DNA of 32,039 nucleotides from Deltaproteobacteria bacterium. GTDB lineage: Bacteria > Myxococcota > JACRCW01. The stretch is taken from the NCBI GenBank assembly GCA_016218805.1, contig JACRCW010000065.1, forward strand, positions 62,001 to 94,039, written 5' to 3'. Made by a program: the position numbers and the translations under genes. A model generated the notes under the pieces. That model was not told the DNA's origin and searched no databases. It saw only the letters and a list, made by a program, of their open reading frames with translations. Below are positions 1-10,093 of this stretch, one piece after another; position 1 is the stretch's first letter; the number at the start of each line of letters is the position of its first letter.

Positions 1-86
1 CCGCCGTCATGGCGGACGAATGCAGCATCCCCGTTGGCTTGCTCACCCGGGCATGGGCGGGTCCGGTGCTCGACGACCACCTTCAT
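1..86 (-). CDS. RsbX/SpoIIE-like PP2C phosphatase, 5' end only (runs off window)
   Basis: Not in the ORF track. ATG at 86-84 overlaps the TGA of the upstream kinase (ATGA). Translates MKVVVEHRTRPCPGEQANGDAAFVRHDG; RPxxGExxxGD is the typical RsbX/PP2C N-terminal motif. Confidence 0.7.
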   Translation of the reverse strand, partial: MKVVVEHRTRPCPGEQANGDAAFVRHDG

Positions 87-715
87 AGCGACAACTCCGC
101 TTCCACGCGGGTGCCGGCTGCGCCGGTCTTGATGTCGAAGTTGTTGGACAGGCGCTTGGCACCGAGGATCCCGCGGCCCATGCCGGTCTTGCTGCGATAG
201 TTGCCGGTCAGTATCTCCTCAAGATTGGGGATGCCGCCGCCCTGATCGGTCGCGGTGATCCGCAAGCGCAGGGGCCGCAAAGACGTCAATTCCAGCCGCA
301 CCTTCCCTCCCAGGGTGTAGTTGACAATGTTCCGCGCCAATTCGCTGACGAGCGTCATGGCCTTCTGGGTGCTGAGGCTCCCGGCGCCCGCCGATTCGCA
401 CATGGACAGCACGTCCGATCGGACCTGGAGGATGCCGTTCTCGTCCCGCACATCCCTGGTCACCGGAGGAAGATTGGCGGGTCCATCCTGCAGGCGGCGC
501 AACGCCTGCAGCATTGGCTCACGCGCTGCCTCCGGGGCGAACAGGCGCACGCCAGCCTCCAGTTGCCCAACCATCCGCGGCAGATCGGCTGGAGTGGCCG
601 GCCGGTCCGTCGGTATGCCGGCCTTCTCCCTCGCCCGGCCGATCATGCCCTTCGCCGTGGGGACGGAGAGATGCCGGGTGAGGATAGCCAGGAGTTGTTG
701 CTCGAATTGTTCCAT
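83..715 (-). CDS. RsbT-like Ser/Thr kinase / anti-sigma regulatory factor (HATPase_c) with extra N-terminal helical domain
   Basis: SELARNIVNY (N box), DQGGGI (G1), GMGRGILGAKRLSNNFDIKTGAAGTRV (G2). Start taken at MEQFEQ (715); alternative ATG at 748. Confidence 0.8.
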   Translation of the reverse strand: MEQFEQQLLAILTRHLSVPTAKGMIGRAREKAGIPTDRPATPADLPRMVGQLEAGVRLFAPEAAREPMLQALRRLQDGPANLPPVTRDVRDENGILQVRSDVLSMCESAGAGSLSTQKAMTLVSELARNIVNYTLGGKVRLELTSLRPLRLRITATDQGGGIPNLEEILTGNYRSKTGMGRGILGAKRLSNNFDIKTGAAGTRVEAELSL

Positions 716-994
716 GCCAGCCCGTCCGCAGGCGGCGAAGCTCTTCATCCCCGCCGCGCTGCGATGTCGAAGCTATCAGCGCTATCACGACGAAAGATAG
801 ATGAACGCCCGTTCCCGCAACGTACGTTGCGCCACACATTTCCAGCGGCTTTCTCCTGCATGGGCTCATCCCCGACGACAAAATATGACGTGGTTCGAAA
901 CAACGCGCTGGTGCCAATGCCCAAGTCAGGCACGCTGCCATGACGACACCAAGGTTGACCGGTCCCAAGACGCAGGCAGAGCATCCGTTCCGTC

Positions 995-1438
995 ATGCAG
1001 CCGCCGCCACCCAGCGTCGTGTCGACCATTTCCATTGAGCACGTGACGGACGCAGTGGTGGCGGCGTCAGGAGCGCTCCGCCAGGCACTCGCGCAACGCG
1101 CGTCGACGGCGGTTGCGCACGCATTTGCGATCGCGGTGCGCGAGCTGGCCACAAACATTCAGCGTCACGGCGGGGGAGGGGAGGTGCAGCTGGGGATGGC
1201 GCCGGGTCTGCTCTGGGTGCGCGCGCTGGACCGCGGCCCCGGCATAGCGGATGTTGAGTCGGCGCTGCGGGACCATTGGTCGGCGGGCCGCCCACGTCCT
1301 CTGGGAGTGGCGCCCACTGACGGCCTGGGCTGTGGTCTGGGCGCGGTCCGCCGGCTCATGGATGGACTGGAGCTTCATGCGCGTGACGGGGGCGGCCTCG
1401 AGGTGACGGCGTGGAAGCGCATTGTGGGGCCGCGGTGA
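995..1438 (+). CDS. RsbT-like anti-sigma regulatory kinase
   Basis: ELATNIQRHGGGG, DRGPGIADVESALRD, GLGCGLGAVRRLMD, GGLEVTAWK; 147 aa, the usual RsbT length. Confidence 0.85.
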   Translation: MQPPPPSVVSTISIEHVTDAVVAASGALRQALAQRASTAVAHAFAIAVRELATNIQRHGGGGEVQLGMAPGLLWVRALDRGPGIADVESALRDHWSAGRPRPLGVAPTDGLGCGLGAVRRLMDGLELHARDGGGLEVTAWKRIVGPR

Positions 1439-1555
1439 TGAGCGCCGCGGCGCGCAGCGGCTGGAGTTGCCATGCGACGGCGGGCGGCGGCTCGTCCCAC
1501 CGGAACATCCTTCTTCAGTATGCCGCGCCGTGTGGCGCCCTTCAGCGGATCACGC

Positions 1556-2068
1556 TCATTGGTGGCAGACTCTTCCGTGGTACTCGCCCACGCCACCCGC
1601 GGCGAAGTCGTACGTTCCGGTTGTGAGCAGCGAGCCGCTCGCGCCGGCGAAATCCTCCGTCCCGCCGGTGATTGTGAAGATCTCGGCGAATTCTCCGTCA
1701 CCGGCGGTGTGGAACGCGCCGCTGTCCTTGAAGAAGAGGTCCCCCCTCCGCTCGCCAGCCCTCGCCCCGAGCACCGTGTCACCAGTGATCAGCACCACCC
1801 CGGTGATTGGCGTCTCGTCGGTGAACGTGATGGTCTGCAACAAGGAGAAGTAGTCACCGCGAATACCCCCGCGGAAGGTTCCGCGCCCGCACACGCCAAT
1901 GGGCGAGGTGCATTCGGGTCCTCCTACCGGGATGAGATCAAAGTGTCCCTCAACGGCATGGCACTTCCCATGCGCCTCCGCGCCAGCACCCGACGACACC
2001 AGCGCCGCAGCCGCCACCCCAGCGGCCAGCACACCGCCCAGCCTTCCTGCGATCCCGTGTTCGGTCAT
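1556..2068 (-). CDS. Secreted protein, dirigent/allene-oxide-cyclase-like beta-barrel (putative)
   Basis: Ala-rich signal peptide ending AGAEA; ITGGTEDFAGASG resembles the dirigent/AOC GGTGxFxGAxG motif; GAGG RBS upstream. Confidence 0.55.
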   Translation of the reverse strand: MTEHGIAGRLGGVLAAGVAAAALVSSGAGAEAHGKCHAVEGHFDLIPVGGPECTSPIGVCGRGTFRGGIRGDYFSLLQTITFTDETPITGVVLITGDTVLGARAGERRGDLFFKDSGAFHTAGDGEFAEIFTITGGTEDFAGASGSLLTTGTYDFAAGGVGEYHGRVCHQ

Positions 2069-2245
2069 GGTTTGCCTCCTCGAAACGTTGTTGTGAAACG
2101 CGCACGCAGTCCTCGACGGAAAGGCGGATCACGGGGCGGCGATCCAGACGCAATACGGGACCTCTCCCGCGATCTGCATGTCGGCACTCCTGCGCCATTC
2201 CGTCGTACGACCGCGGGGCGGACGCTAACGGCCGGCCGGAAGAAT

Positions 2246-2271
2246 CGGACCCCCCCGATCGGGGGGGTCCG
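2246..2271. promoter_or_regulatory. Perfect 26-bp palindrome, putative operator (copy 1)
   Basis: CGGACCCCCCCGATCGGGGGGGTCCG in the divergent intergenic region. Confidence 0.55.
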
Positions 2272-2538
2272 CGACCTCCCACAGGAGCTGAATGCGTCTT
2301 GCTCGCCTTTTTGTTGCGCAAGGGACCCCGCTGCGCGGTTGCTCGGGGCGCCGGGCTTGCCGCAGGCAAGCCATCCACGCCGCCCCACTCTTGCTTCTTT
2401 TTGCGGGAGCGGCCCTCGATGACGGAGCGCAGCGACGTGGGCGGGGGGGACCGTGAGAGGGATCGCCCCCGGTGATTGACGCGGTCCTGGGGAACGCGCG
2501 GGCCCGCCCCGGGATGGTTCCGCGGTGCAAAACTCGCG

Positions 2539-2564
2539 CGGACCCCCCCGTTCGGGGGGTTACG
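2539..2564. promoter_or_regulatory. Near-identical palindrome, putative operator (copy 2)
   Basis: CGGACCCCCCCGTTCGGGGGGTTACG, 23/26 identical to copy 1, ~70 bp upstream of the terpene synthase ATG. Confidence 0.55.
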
Positions 2565-2636
2565 GACGGTTCACCGCGCCCTCTAGTTTGCGCAGGCACG
2601 GACCCGCACGCCGCGGATCCCCCTGGAGGTCACGCC

Positions 2637-3776
2637 ATGCGCGCCCCCCATCACGGTCAGCAGTTCCGCATTGCCTCGGCCCGCGAGGCGGCGGGCTTGC
2701 CCACCCATGATTCGCTGCGCCTCCAGGCCTGGCCCAGCCACTGGTGCTGCCCGGTGCGCCGCAACCCGCACGCCGCGGCCGTGGAGGCGGCCGTGCTGTC
2801 GTGGTTGTTTGACCTGGGGTGTTCGCCGGCGGAGGTGGCGCGCGCGCGGAAGTTTGACGCCGCCGGGTACGTGGGGCTGCCCTTTCCGCTGCTCTCCCAC
2901 CCCCAGGCCCTGCGCGTGGGCAAATACCTGGCGCTGTGGCTGCTGTGGGATGACGTCCACTTGGAGCGCCCGGAGAACCGCTGGCGGCTGACCAGCGAGC
3001 ACATCCTCTCCAACCTCCGGCCGCCGCAGATGACCCGGTTTGATGAGGGCTGGTGGCAGCTGTTCCAGGAGTTCGCCGCGGTGCGCAGCCCCCGCTGGCT
3101 GGACGGGCTGTGCAACACCATGACCGCCTGGTGCGCAGCCGCCATGGATGAAGCACTGATGGTGCGCCGCTTCCGTGAGCAGGGCGAAGTGCCGTCGTTT
3201 GACCGGCAGCTGCAGGTGCGCATCGCCACCATCGGGATGTTTGGCACCGTGTACCTGCTGGAGGACGGCTACGGTTACGAACTGCCCGTTGACTTCCACG
3301 CGCATCCCACCGTGCAGCGCATGACGGTGCTGGCCAACCAGATTGTCGGGTTGGGCAATGACCTGTTCAGCTGCGCCAAGGACGTTGCCACCGGCCAGCT
3401 CAACCTGGTCACCACGGTGATGCAGGAACGCGGCCTGACCCCGGCCGCCGCGCTGGAGACCATCATCCAGCTGCATGATGAATCACTGCAGGAATATGAC
3501 CAGCTGGCCGAGACGCTGGGCACCTGGTCTCCCGAAGCCGACCCGTACATCGCGCGGTGGGTGCAGGACGTCCGCTACGCGTCCCTGGGCTTCACGCTGT
3601 GGGAGGCGCAGGCACCCCGCTACGCCGCGCACCGCCTGGTGGTGGACGGCGCGGTGGTGGCGCCGTCCTTCCTGTTTGTCCCGGCCCTGGCCAGCGCCGC
3701 CCCCGGGCCCGTGGACGCCCTTCCCCATCCCTGTCCCCCGCCTCCCCAGGCCAGCCGCTCCGGAGCCTCTCCATGA
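2637..3776 (+). CDS. Class I terpene synthase/cyclase
   Basis: Asp-rich motif WDDVHLE, PPi-sensor Arg (VRIATIG), NSE-type motif NDLFSCAKD, C-terminal WEAQAPRY (WxxxxxRY). GGAGG RBS before ATG 2637. Confidence 0.9.
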   Translation: MRAPHHGQQFRIASAREAAGLPTHDSLRLQAWPSHWCCPVRRNPHAAAVEAAVLSWLFDLGCSPAEVARARKFDAAGYVGLPFPLLSHPQALRVGKYLALWLLWDDVHLERPENRWRLTSEHILSNLRPPQMTRFDEGWWQLFQEFAAVRSPRWLDGLCNTMTAWCAAAMDEALMVRRFREQGEVPSFDRQLQVRIATIGMFGTVYLLEDGYGYELPVDFHAHPTVQRMTVLANQIVGLGNDLFSCAKDVATGQLNLVTTVMQERGLTPAAALETIIQLHDESLQEYDQLAETLGTWSPEADPYIARWVQDVRYASLGFTLWEAQAPRYAAHRLVVDGAVVAPSFLFVPALASAAPGPVDALPHPCPPPPQASRSGASP

Positions 3777-4189
3777 CCCTCACCCTCAGCCAACACGGCA
3801 GCTTCCTGGATGTCATTGTCACCCAAACCCTCACGCCGGATGACGTGGCGGACCTGCTGCGGGCCATTGACGCGCAGCGCCTCAGGGGGCCGTTTGTGAT
3901 CCTCACGGACACCAGCGGCATGAAGGCCGCGCCGCGCCCGGTGGTCATGTTGTTTGTGGAGGGCATGAAGACCCGCCCGCCGCTCAGGGACATCTGGCTG
4001 GCCAATGCGGTCGTGGTGAATTCGCCCGCGGCGCGTTTTGTGTTGTCCACGCTGTTGATGATTGCGCCCATGCCCACGCAGGTGAAGGCCTTTGACAAGC
4101 GTGCGGATGCTGAAACCTGGCTGACGGACGTGTTGCGCCAGGCTCAGCTGAAATCCGCCCGAAACCCCGCTCAACAGGAGAATCCATGA
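3773..4189 (+). CDS. STAS/SpoIIAA-like (STAS/SEC14-type) small protein
   Basis: ATGA overlap with the terpene synthase; FVILTDTSGM...AVVVNSPAARFVLS...VKAFDKRADAETWL pattern. Confidence 0.7.
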   Translation: MTLTLSQHGSFLDVIVTQTLTPDDVADLLRAIDAQRLRGPFVILTDTSGMKAAPRPVVMLFVEGMKTRPPLRDIWLANAVVVNSPAARFVLSTLLMIAPMPTQVKAFDKRADAETWLTDVLRQAQLKSARNPAQQENP

Positions 4190-4962
4190 GTTCGCTGGCT
4201 GTACTCATCAATGCCTATTCACTGCCTACCGGCCGCCGCTTGGTGGCCCACCGCGAGGTCCGCATCATTGCCGACCGCACCGCCCAGGGACCGCTGGTGG
4301 CGCACCTGGACCGCGCGCTGATCCATGACACACAGGTCCGCCGCATGGAGGTGGAGTTCCGGAACAACCGCAACCGTCCCACGGACTCCGGGCCGTTGCT
4401 GGCGCTGGATATGGCGGGGGACCGCATCCTGTCCGCCCTGTATGACGGAGCGGGCGCCGTGGTGCGGGCCAACGTCCCCGGGACCCCGGTGGCCGCCGCG
4501 CGCACGCTGCTGGAGCAGATCTTCCCGGCGGGCGTGGCGGCCATTTCGCAGAAGCCGCTGGAGGAGCAGTGGACGGAGACTGACATCATTGTGGAGCGGT
4601 TTGCCGGGGACCTGGGGCCGGTGATGGACGCGCTGCACTTTCAACCGTACGCGGTGGAGCTGGCGCGGATTGCCCGGGAGGTTCGGGCGCTGATGCGGTC
4701 CACGCACAACGGCATGCTGACCTTAAAGAAGCTGACGGATGCGCGCCAGGTGGGTCACCAGGGGATGCTGGAGACCATGGCGCGGGTGATTGGCCTGTTC
4801 CCGGAGGAGACGGATGAACAGACCCAGCGCCGCGCAGAGCTGTTGGGCCCCGTTCTCACCCAGCAGGAAGAGGTGCGCGCCGCCCGCAAGCGCCGGCGGC
4901 CCCCCACGGACGTCAACCCGGACACCGGTGAAGTGGAAATGACCGACGACATTCCGGGTTGA
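4186..4962 (+). CDS. Hypothetical protein, probably helical
   Basis: 258 aa, AGGAG RBS, ATGA overlap with the previous gene, GC3-rich codon usage; no family recognised. Confidence 0.75.
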   Translation: MSSLAVLINAYSLPTGRRLVAHREVRIIADRTAQGPLVAHLDRALIHDTQVRRMEVEFRNNRNRPTDSGPLLALDMAGDRILSALYDGAGAVVRANVPGTPVAAARTLLEQIFPAGVAAISQKPLEEQWTETDIIVERFAGDLGPVMDALHFQPYAVELARIAREVRALMRSTHNGMLTLKKLTDARQVGHQGMLETMARVIGLFPEETDEQTQRRAELLGPVLTQQEEVRAARKRRRPPTDVNPDTGEVEMTDDIPG

Positions 4963-5270
4963 CCGGCCCCGGACGGGGTCCTCCACCGGGCCGCATGCCC
5001 GTCAACCGGGGTCCCGGGGGGTCCACCACCCCTCCGCGCGGCGAATGACCCCCTCCCAGCGGGGTCAAAGACCGGGTGCACCGGGTCCGGGATGCGGTGG
5101 CCACCGGGGCTTGACCCGGTCCAAGGGCGCTTGGCCAGGCGTCAACCGGGTCCGCCACCGCGCAACCGGGTGGGTCAGCCGCCGTCCGGAGGGGGTGGGG
5201 ACCCCCGCAGGGGTGGGTTGACCTTGGGCCGGCGGGGTCCATCACCCCCGTGCGGGTGGGTCAACCGGCC
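4959..5270. repeat. Degenerate GTCAACC/TTGACC-containing GC-rich repeat region
   Basis: GTCAACC at 5001, 5141, 5260; GTCAAAG at 5064; TTGACC at 4959, 5111, 5218; CCCCTCC at 5029 and 5050. No convincing CDS. Confidence 0.4.
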
Positions 5271-5392
5271 GTTTCTGCGGTGTTCGCTGCGGTCATGGCC
5301 GGGTGGCAGCACGCCCGCTGGACCCGAGCACCAGGGGTTGTTGACGGCGTCCCCCTTACATGTAGGGTGCTGGCGCTGAGTCGAGTTCCCGC

Positions 5393-5746
5393 ATGAAACG
5401 TCCCAGTATGAAGACCATCATCCTCTTAGGTGTGCTGCTGCTCGGCCTGGGCGGTGGGGGGCTCGCTTGGCGCGCGCTGCACCGCAAGCCGCGCCCGCCG
5501 CCCAGGGGGCTGCCTGGCGCTGCCCTGGTGGTGGAGGCGGACGGGACGCTCCGGTTTGGCGGGTGCCCGGATGGCCTGGTGGCATGCATCGAGCGGGCGC
5601 ACCTGCAGGCCATCCGTCCCAATGGCAACCTGGATTGCGCCATCCTGGCGGACCCGGCCGCGCCACTGGCGGCGCTGCTGGAGGCTGACGCCGTGTGCGC
5701 TGCCGGCGGGTTCCTGCCCGTGCGCGCACGGTTGATTGGTGAATAG
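5393..5746 (+). CDS. Small hypothetical protein with N-terminal membrane anchor or signal
   Basis: MKTIILLGVLLLGLGGGGLAW hydrophobic segment; four Cys in the rest; start could be 5408. Confidence 0.55.
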   Translation: MKRPSMKTIILLGVLLLGLGGGGLAWRALHRKPRPPPRGLPGAALVVEADGTLRFGGCPDGLVACIERAHLQAIRPNGNLDCAILADPAAPLAALLEADAVCAAGGFLPVRARLIGE

Positions 5747-5759
5747 CCCCTGAAAACCA

Positions 5760-5794
5760 GAACCCCCGGTCTCCGCATGCGGAGCCGGGGGTTC
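5760..5794 (-). terminator. Intrinsic terminator between convergent genes
   Basis: GAACCCCCGG-T-CTCCGC-AT-GCGGAG-CCGGGGGTTC hairpin, followed on the minus strand by TGGTTTTC. Confidence 0.75.
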
Positions 5795-5822
5795 CAGATA
5801 CCAGTGAAATGCTGCTGCTAGC

Positions 5823-6332
5823 TCACGGCTGCTTGGTCACCGTGAACTTGAAGCTCGCGGTCTTGCCCGTGGTCAGGCCGCTGCTGACGATGAAGTACAG
5901 CGCGGTGCCCGTGTAGCCCGTGGACATCGGCGTGATGTCGATCTTGGTGTGCTCCGTCGCGTCGGAGATGCTGGTCGGGTCGGAAGCGTAGGAGGACTGG
6001 CCCCACGTGCCGTCGCTGCCCAGACCGAACTGCAGGTAGTCGCCCGCGTCCGTGGCCGCGTCCAGCTTCACCTTCACGGTGTACTTGTCCGTGTCCACCG
6101 CGGCCGCCGCGAGGGTGGCCTTGTAGTAGGCGTACGAGCCCGTCATCACGGTCGAGTCGCAGGCCTTGCCCGAGGCCTCAGTTCCCACCGTGAACGCCTT
6201 GGCGGTCGCCGCGGTGTAGTTGCTGTCGCAGCCGCCGCCGCCGCCGTTATCGTCGTCGTCATCGCCGCCAGTGCAGCCCATCGCCAAAGCGCCCGCCACG
6301 AGCGGCAGCATCAACATCTTGATCAGCTTCAT
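5823..6332 (-). CDS. Lipoprotein of unknown function (beta-rich)
   Basis: MKLIKMLMLPLVAGALAMG-C lipobox-like signal, Asp/Gly linker, GGGAG RBS. Confidence 0.8.
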   Translation of the reverse strand: MKLIKMLMLPLVAGALAMGCTGGDDDDDNGGGGGCDSNYTAATAKAFTVGTEASGKACDSTVMTGSYAYYKATLAAAAVDTDKYTVKVKLDAATDAGDYLQFGLGSDGTWGQSSYASDPTSISDATEHTKIDITPMSTGYTGTALYFIVSSGLTTGKTASFKFTVTKQP

Positions 6333-6645
6333 AGTCAGCTCCCTTTTCCCGTTCGGGCCGCCTCGTGGCCTATCCCACCCTGGGTTGACCGGGCGGGCCC
6401 GCAAGAATTCCAACGCGAGGCGCCTTTAGGACAACCCACCGGGGTCACGTCAACCGGTGACGAGGTTCCCGCTGGGACAACCGCGAAGCGCACCGCGAGG
6501 GCGGCCCCCCTCAATGAACGGGCCAACCCGGAAAAACCCTGCTGGCTCCGGACGGCGCGGCCCGCGCCGCCGGGGGAACCGGGCGCGCCGGTCAGGCGGG
6601 TGTGCCCGCGTTTCACACATGACGGCGTGGGGGTTGCCCCGGTAA

Positions 6646-8645
<2,000 letters not shown>

Positions 8646-8861
8646 CGACGTGGTCTTGTGCCCTCCCGCGCGTCCCGTGGCAACCCGCAGCCGCTGCGGC
8701 CTCGCGCACCGGGTGCGCCCAGCCTGCGCGATCCGAAGGAACATCGGGTCCCGCCCGGGCCCATGGCACCCCGGCCGCCCCCGGGCACCCGGGACGCAAG
8801 CCGGTGAACGCCAAGGGGTAAACCCCGACGTCACATGCCGCAGTGCGGCAAGAAGGCGGAC

Positions 8862-8877
8862 TGACACGGTTCTTGCT
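8862..8877 (+). promoter_or_regulatory. sigma54-like -24/-12 element upstream of cytochrome gene 1
   Basis: TGACACG-GTTC-TTGCT versus consensus TGGCACG-N4-TTGCW (one mismatch, in the -24 GG); identical copy at 13254. Confidence 0.55.
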
Positions 8878-8938
8878 GCCCGCGCCTGACACTGGCCGCC
8901 CCGGGGGTGAGTGGGAAGGTGGCCCGCGAGAGGCTGTC

Positions 8939-10093
8939 GTGACCCGCTTGCCGCATTGTTCTCTTCGCCACGCCCGGTTTGCCGTACTGCTGGGCGGGCT
9001 CATGATGGCTGCGGCCGGCAGCCTGGCCGCGGGCGAGAAAGCCAAGGGCAAGCCACCCCCGGCGCCTCCGCCCAAGAGTGCGCCGCCGGCCAAGGCCCCG
9101 CCAGCCGCCAAGGGCGCGCCGGTCAAGCCGCTCCCGCCACTCAAGCAGGGCGCCCACGCGCCGCTCAAGGAGAAGGTCGCCTACGTCCACGGCCCGTTTG
9201 AAGAAGGGGATTGCAGCATCTGCCACAAGAACAAGGACCCCAAGAACCCCGGCCCGGCGCTGGACCCCACCCCGGAACTCTGCCTGGGCTGCCACGAGGA
9301 ATACCGCGAATACTCCACGCAGCGCGTGGTGAAGCACCGTCCCACCCAGGAGGGGTGCACCTGGTGCCACAACCCGCACAACTCCAAGCAGCCGCACCTG
9401 CTGCTGGAGGAGAGCAGCGCGCTGTGCCTGCGCTGCCATGACGCGGTCCGGCAGGTGCTGCAGAACGGGAAGGTGAAGCACGGCGCCGTGGAAGAGGGTG
9501 AGAAGTGCATGACCTGCCATGAGCCGCACGGCAGCAACATTGAGAGCCTGCTGGTGAAGCTGCCCTTTGACCTGTGCGTGGAGTGCCACGCCAAGGACAC
9601 GCAGCTGGATGACCAGGGCAAGGCGCTGACCAACATGAAGAAGCTGCTGGATGACAACCCGGAGTGGCACGCACCGGTGGCGGCCAAGGACTGCAGCGTC
9701 TGCCACAACCCGCACGCCAGCCCCAACTTCCGCCTGCTGACCAGCGAATACCCCGCCCGGTTCTATGAGCCGTATTCCGTCAAGACCTACGCGCTGTGCT
9801 TTGAGTGCCACAACGAGCAGATGGCGGCCACCGAGGAGACCACCGCGCTCACCGAGTTCCGCGACGGCAAGCGCAACCTGCACCACCTGCACGTGAACAA
9901 GGCGGAGCGCGGCCGCACCTGCCGCGCCTGCCACGAGGTGCACGCCTCCAAGTGGCCCTTCCACATCCGCGAGGGCGTGCCGTTTGGGAACAAGGGATGG
10001 ATCCTGAAGATCCAGTACGAGAAGACGGCAACCGGCGGGTCCTGCGCCAAGAGCTGCCACCCCAAGCGCGTCTACAACCGGACCATCAAATGA
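8939..10093 (+). CDS. Periplasmic multiheme (10-heme) cytochrome c
   Basis: Nine CxxCH (CSICH, CLGCH, CTWCH, CLRCH, CMTCH, CVECH, CSVCH, CFECH, CRACH) plus CAKSCH; CHxPH repeats; signal peptide and Pro/Lys/Ala linker. GTG start after GAGAGG inferred. Confidence 0.92.
   Translation: MTRLPHCSLRHARFAVLLGGLMMAAAGSLAAGEKAKGKPPPAPPPKSAPPAKAPPAAKGAPVKPLPPLKQGAHAPLKEKVAYVHGPFEEGDCSICHKNKDPKNPGPALDPTPELCLGCHEEYREYSTQRVVKHRPTQEGCTWCHNPHNSKQPHLLLEESSALCLRCHDAVRQVLQNGKVKHGAVEEGEKCMTCHEPHGSNIESLLVKLPFDLCVECHAKDTQLDDQGKALTNMKKLLDDNPEWHAPVAAKDCSVCHNPHASPNFRLLTSEYPARFYEPYSVKTYALCFECHNEQMAATEETTALTEFRDGKRNLHHLHVNKAERGRTCRACHEVHASKWPFHIREGVPFGNKGWILKIQYEKTATGGSCAKSCHPKRVYNRTIK

Noticed and set aside
4959..5350. 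CRISPR array or protein-coding ORFs in the repeat-like tract
   Set aside because: No identical 23-47 bp repeats with unique spacers and no cas genes; the ORFs are Pro/Gly/Arg-rich shadows with no RBS.
8760..8850. Possible c-di-GMP-I/GEMM riboswitch upstream of cytochrome 1 (GGGACGCAAGCC)
   Set aside because: Resembles GGGACGCAAAGCC but lacks one A, the upstream GGCAAA and the GNRA loop/receptor. An Rfam scan would settle it.
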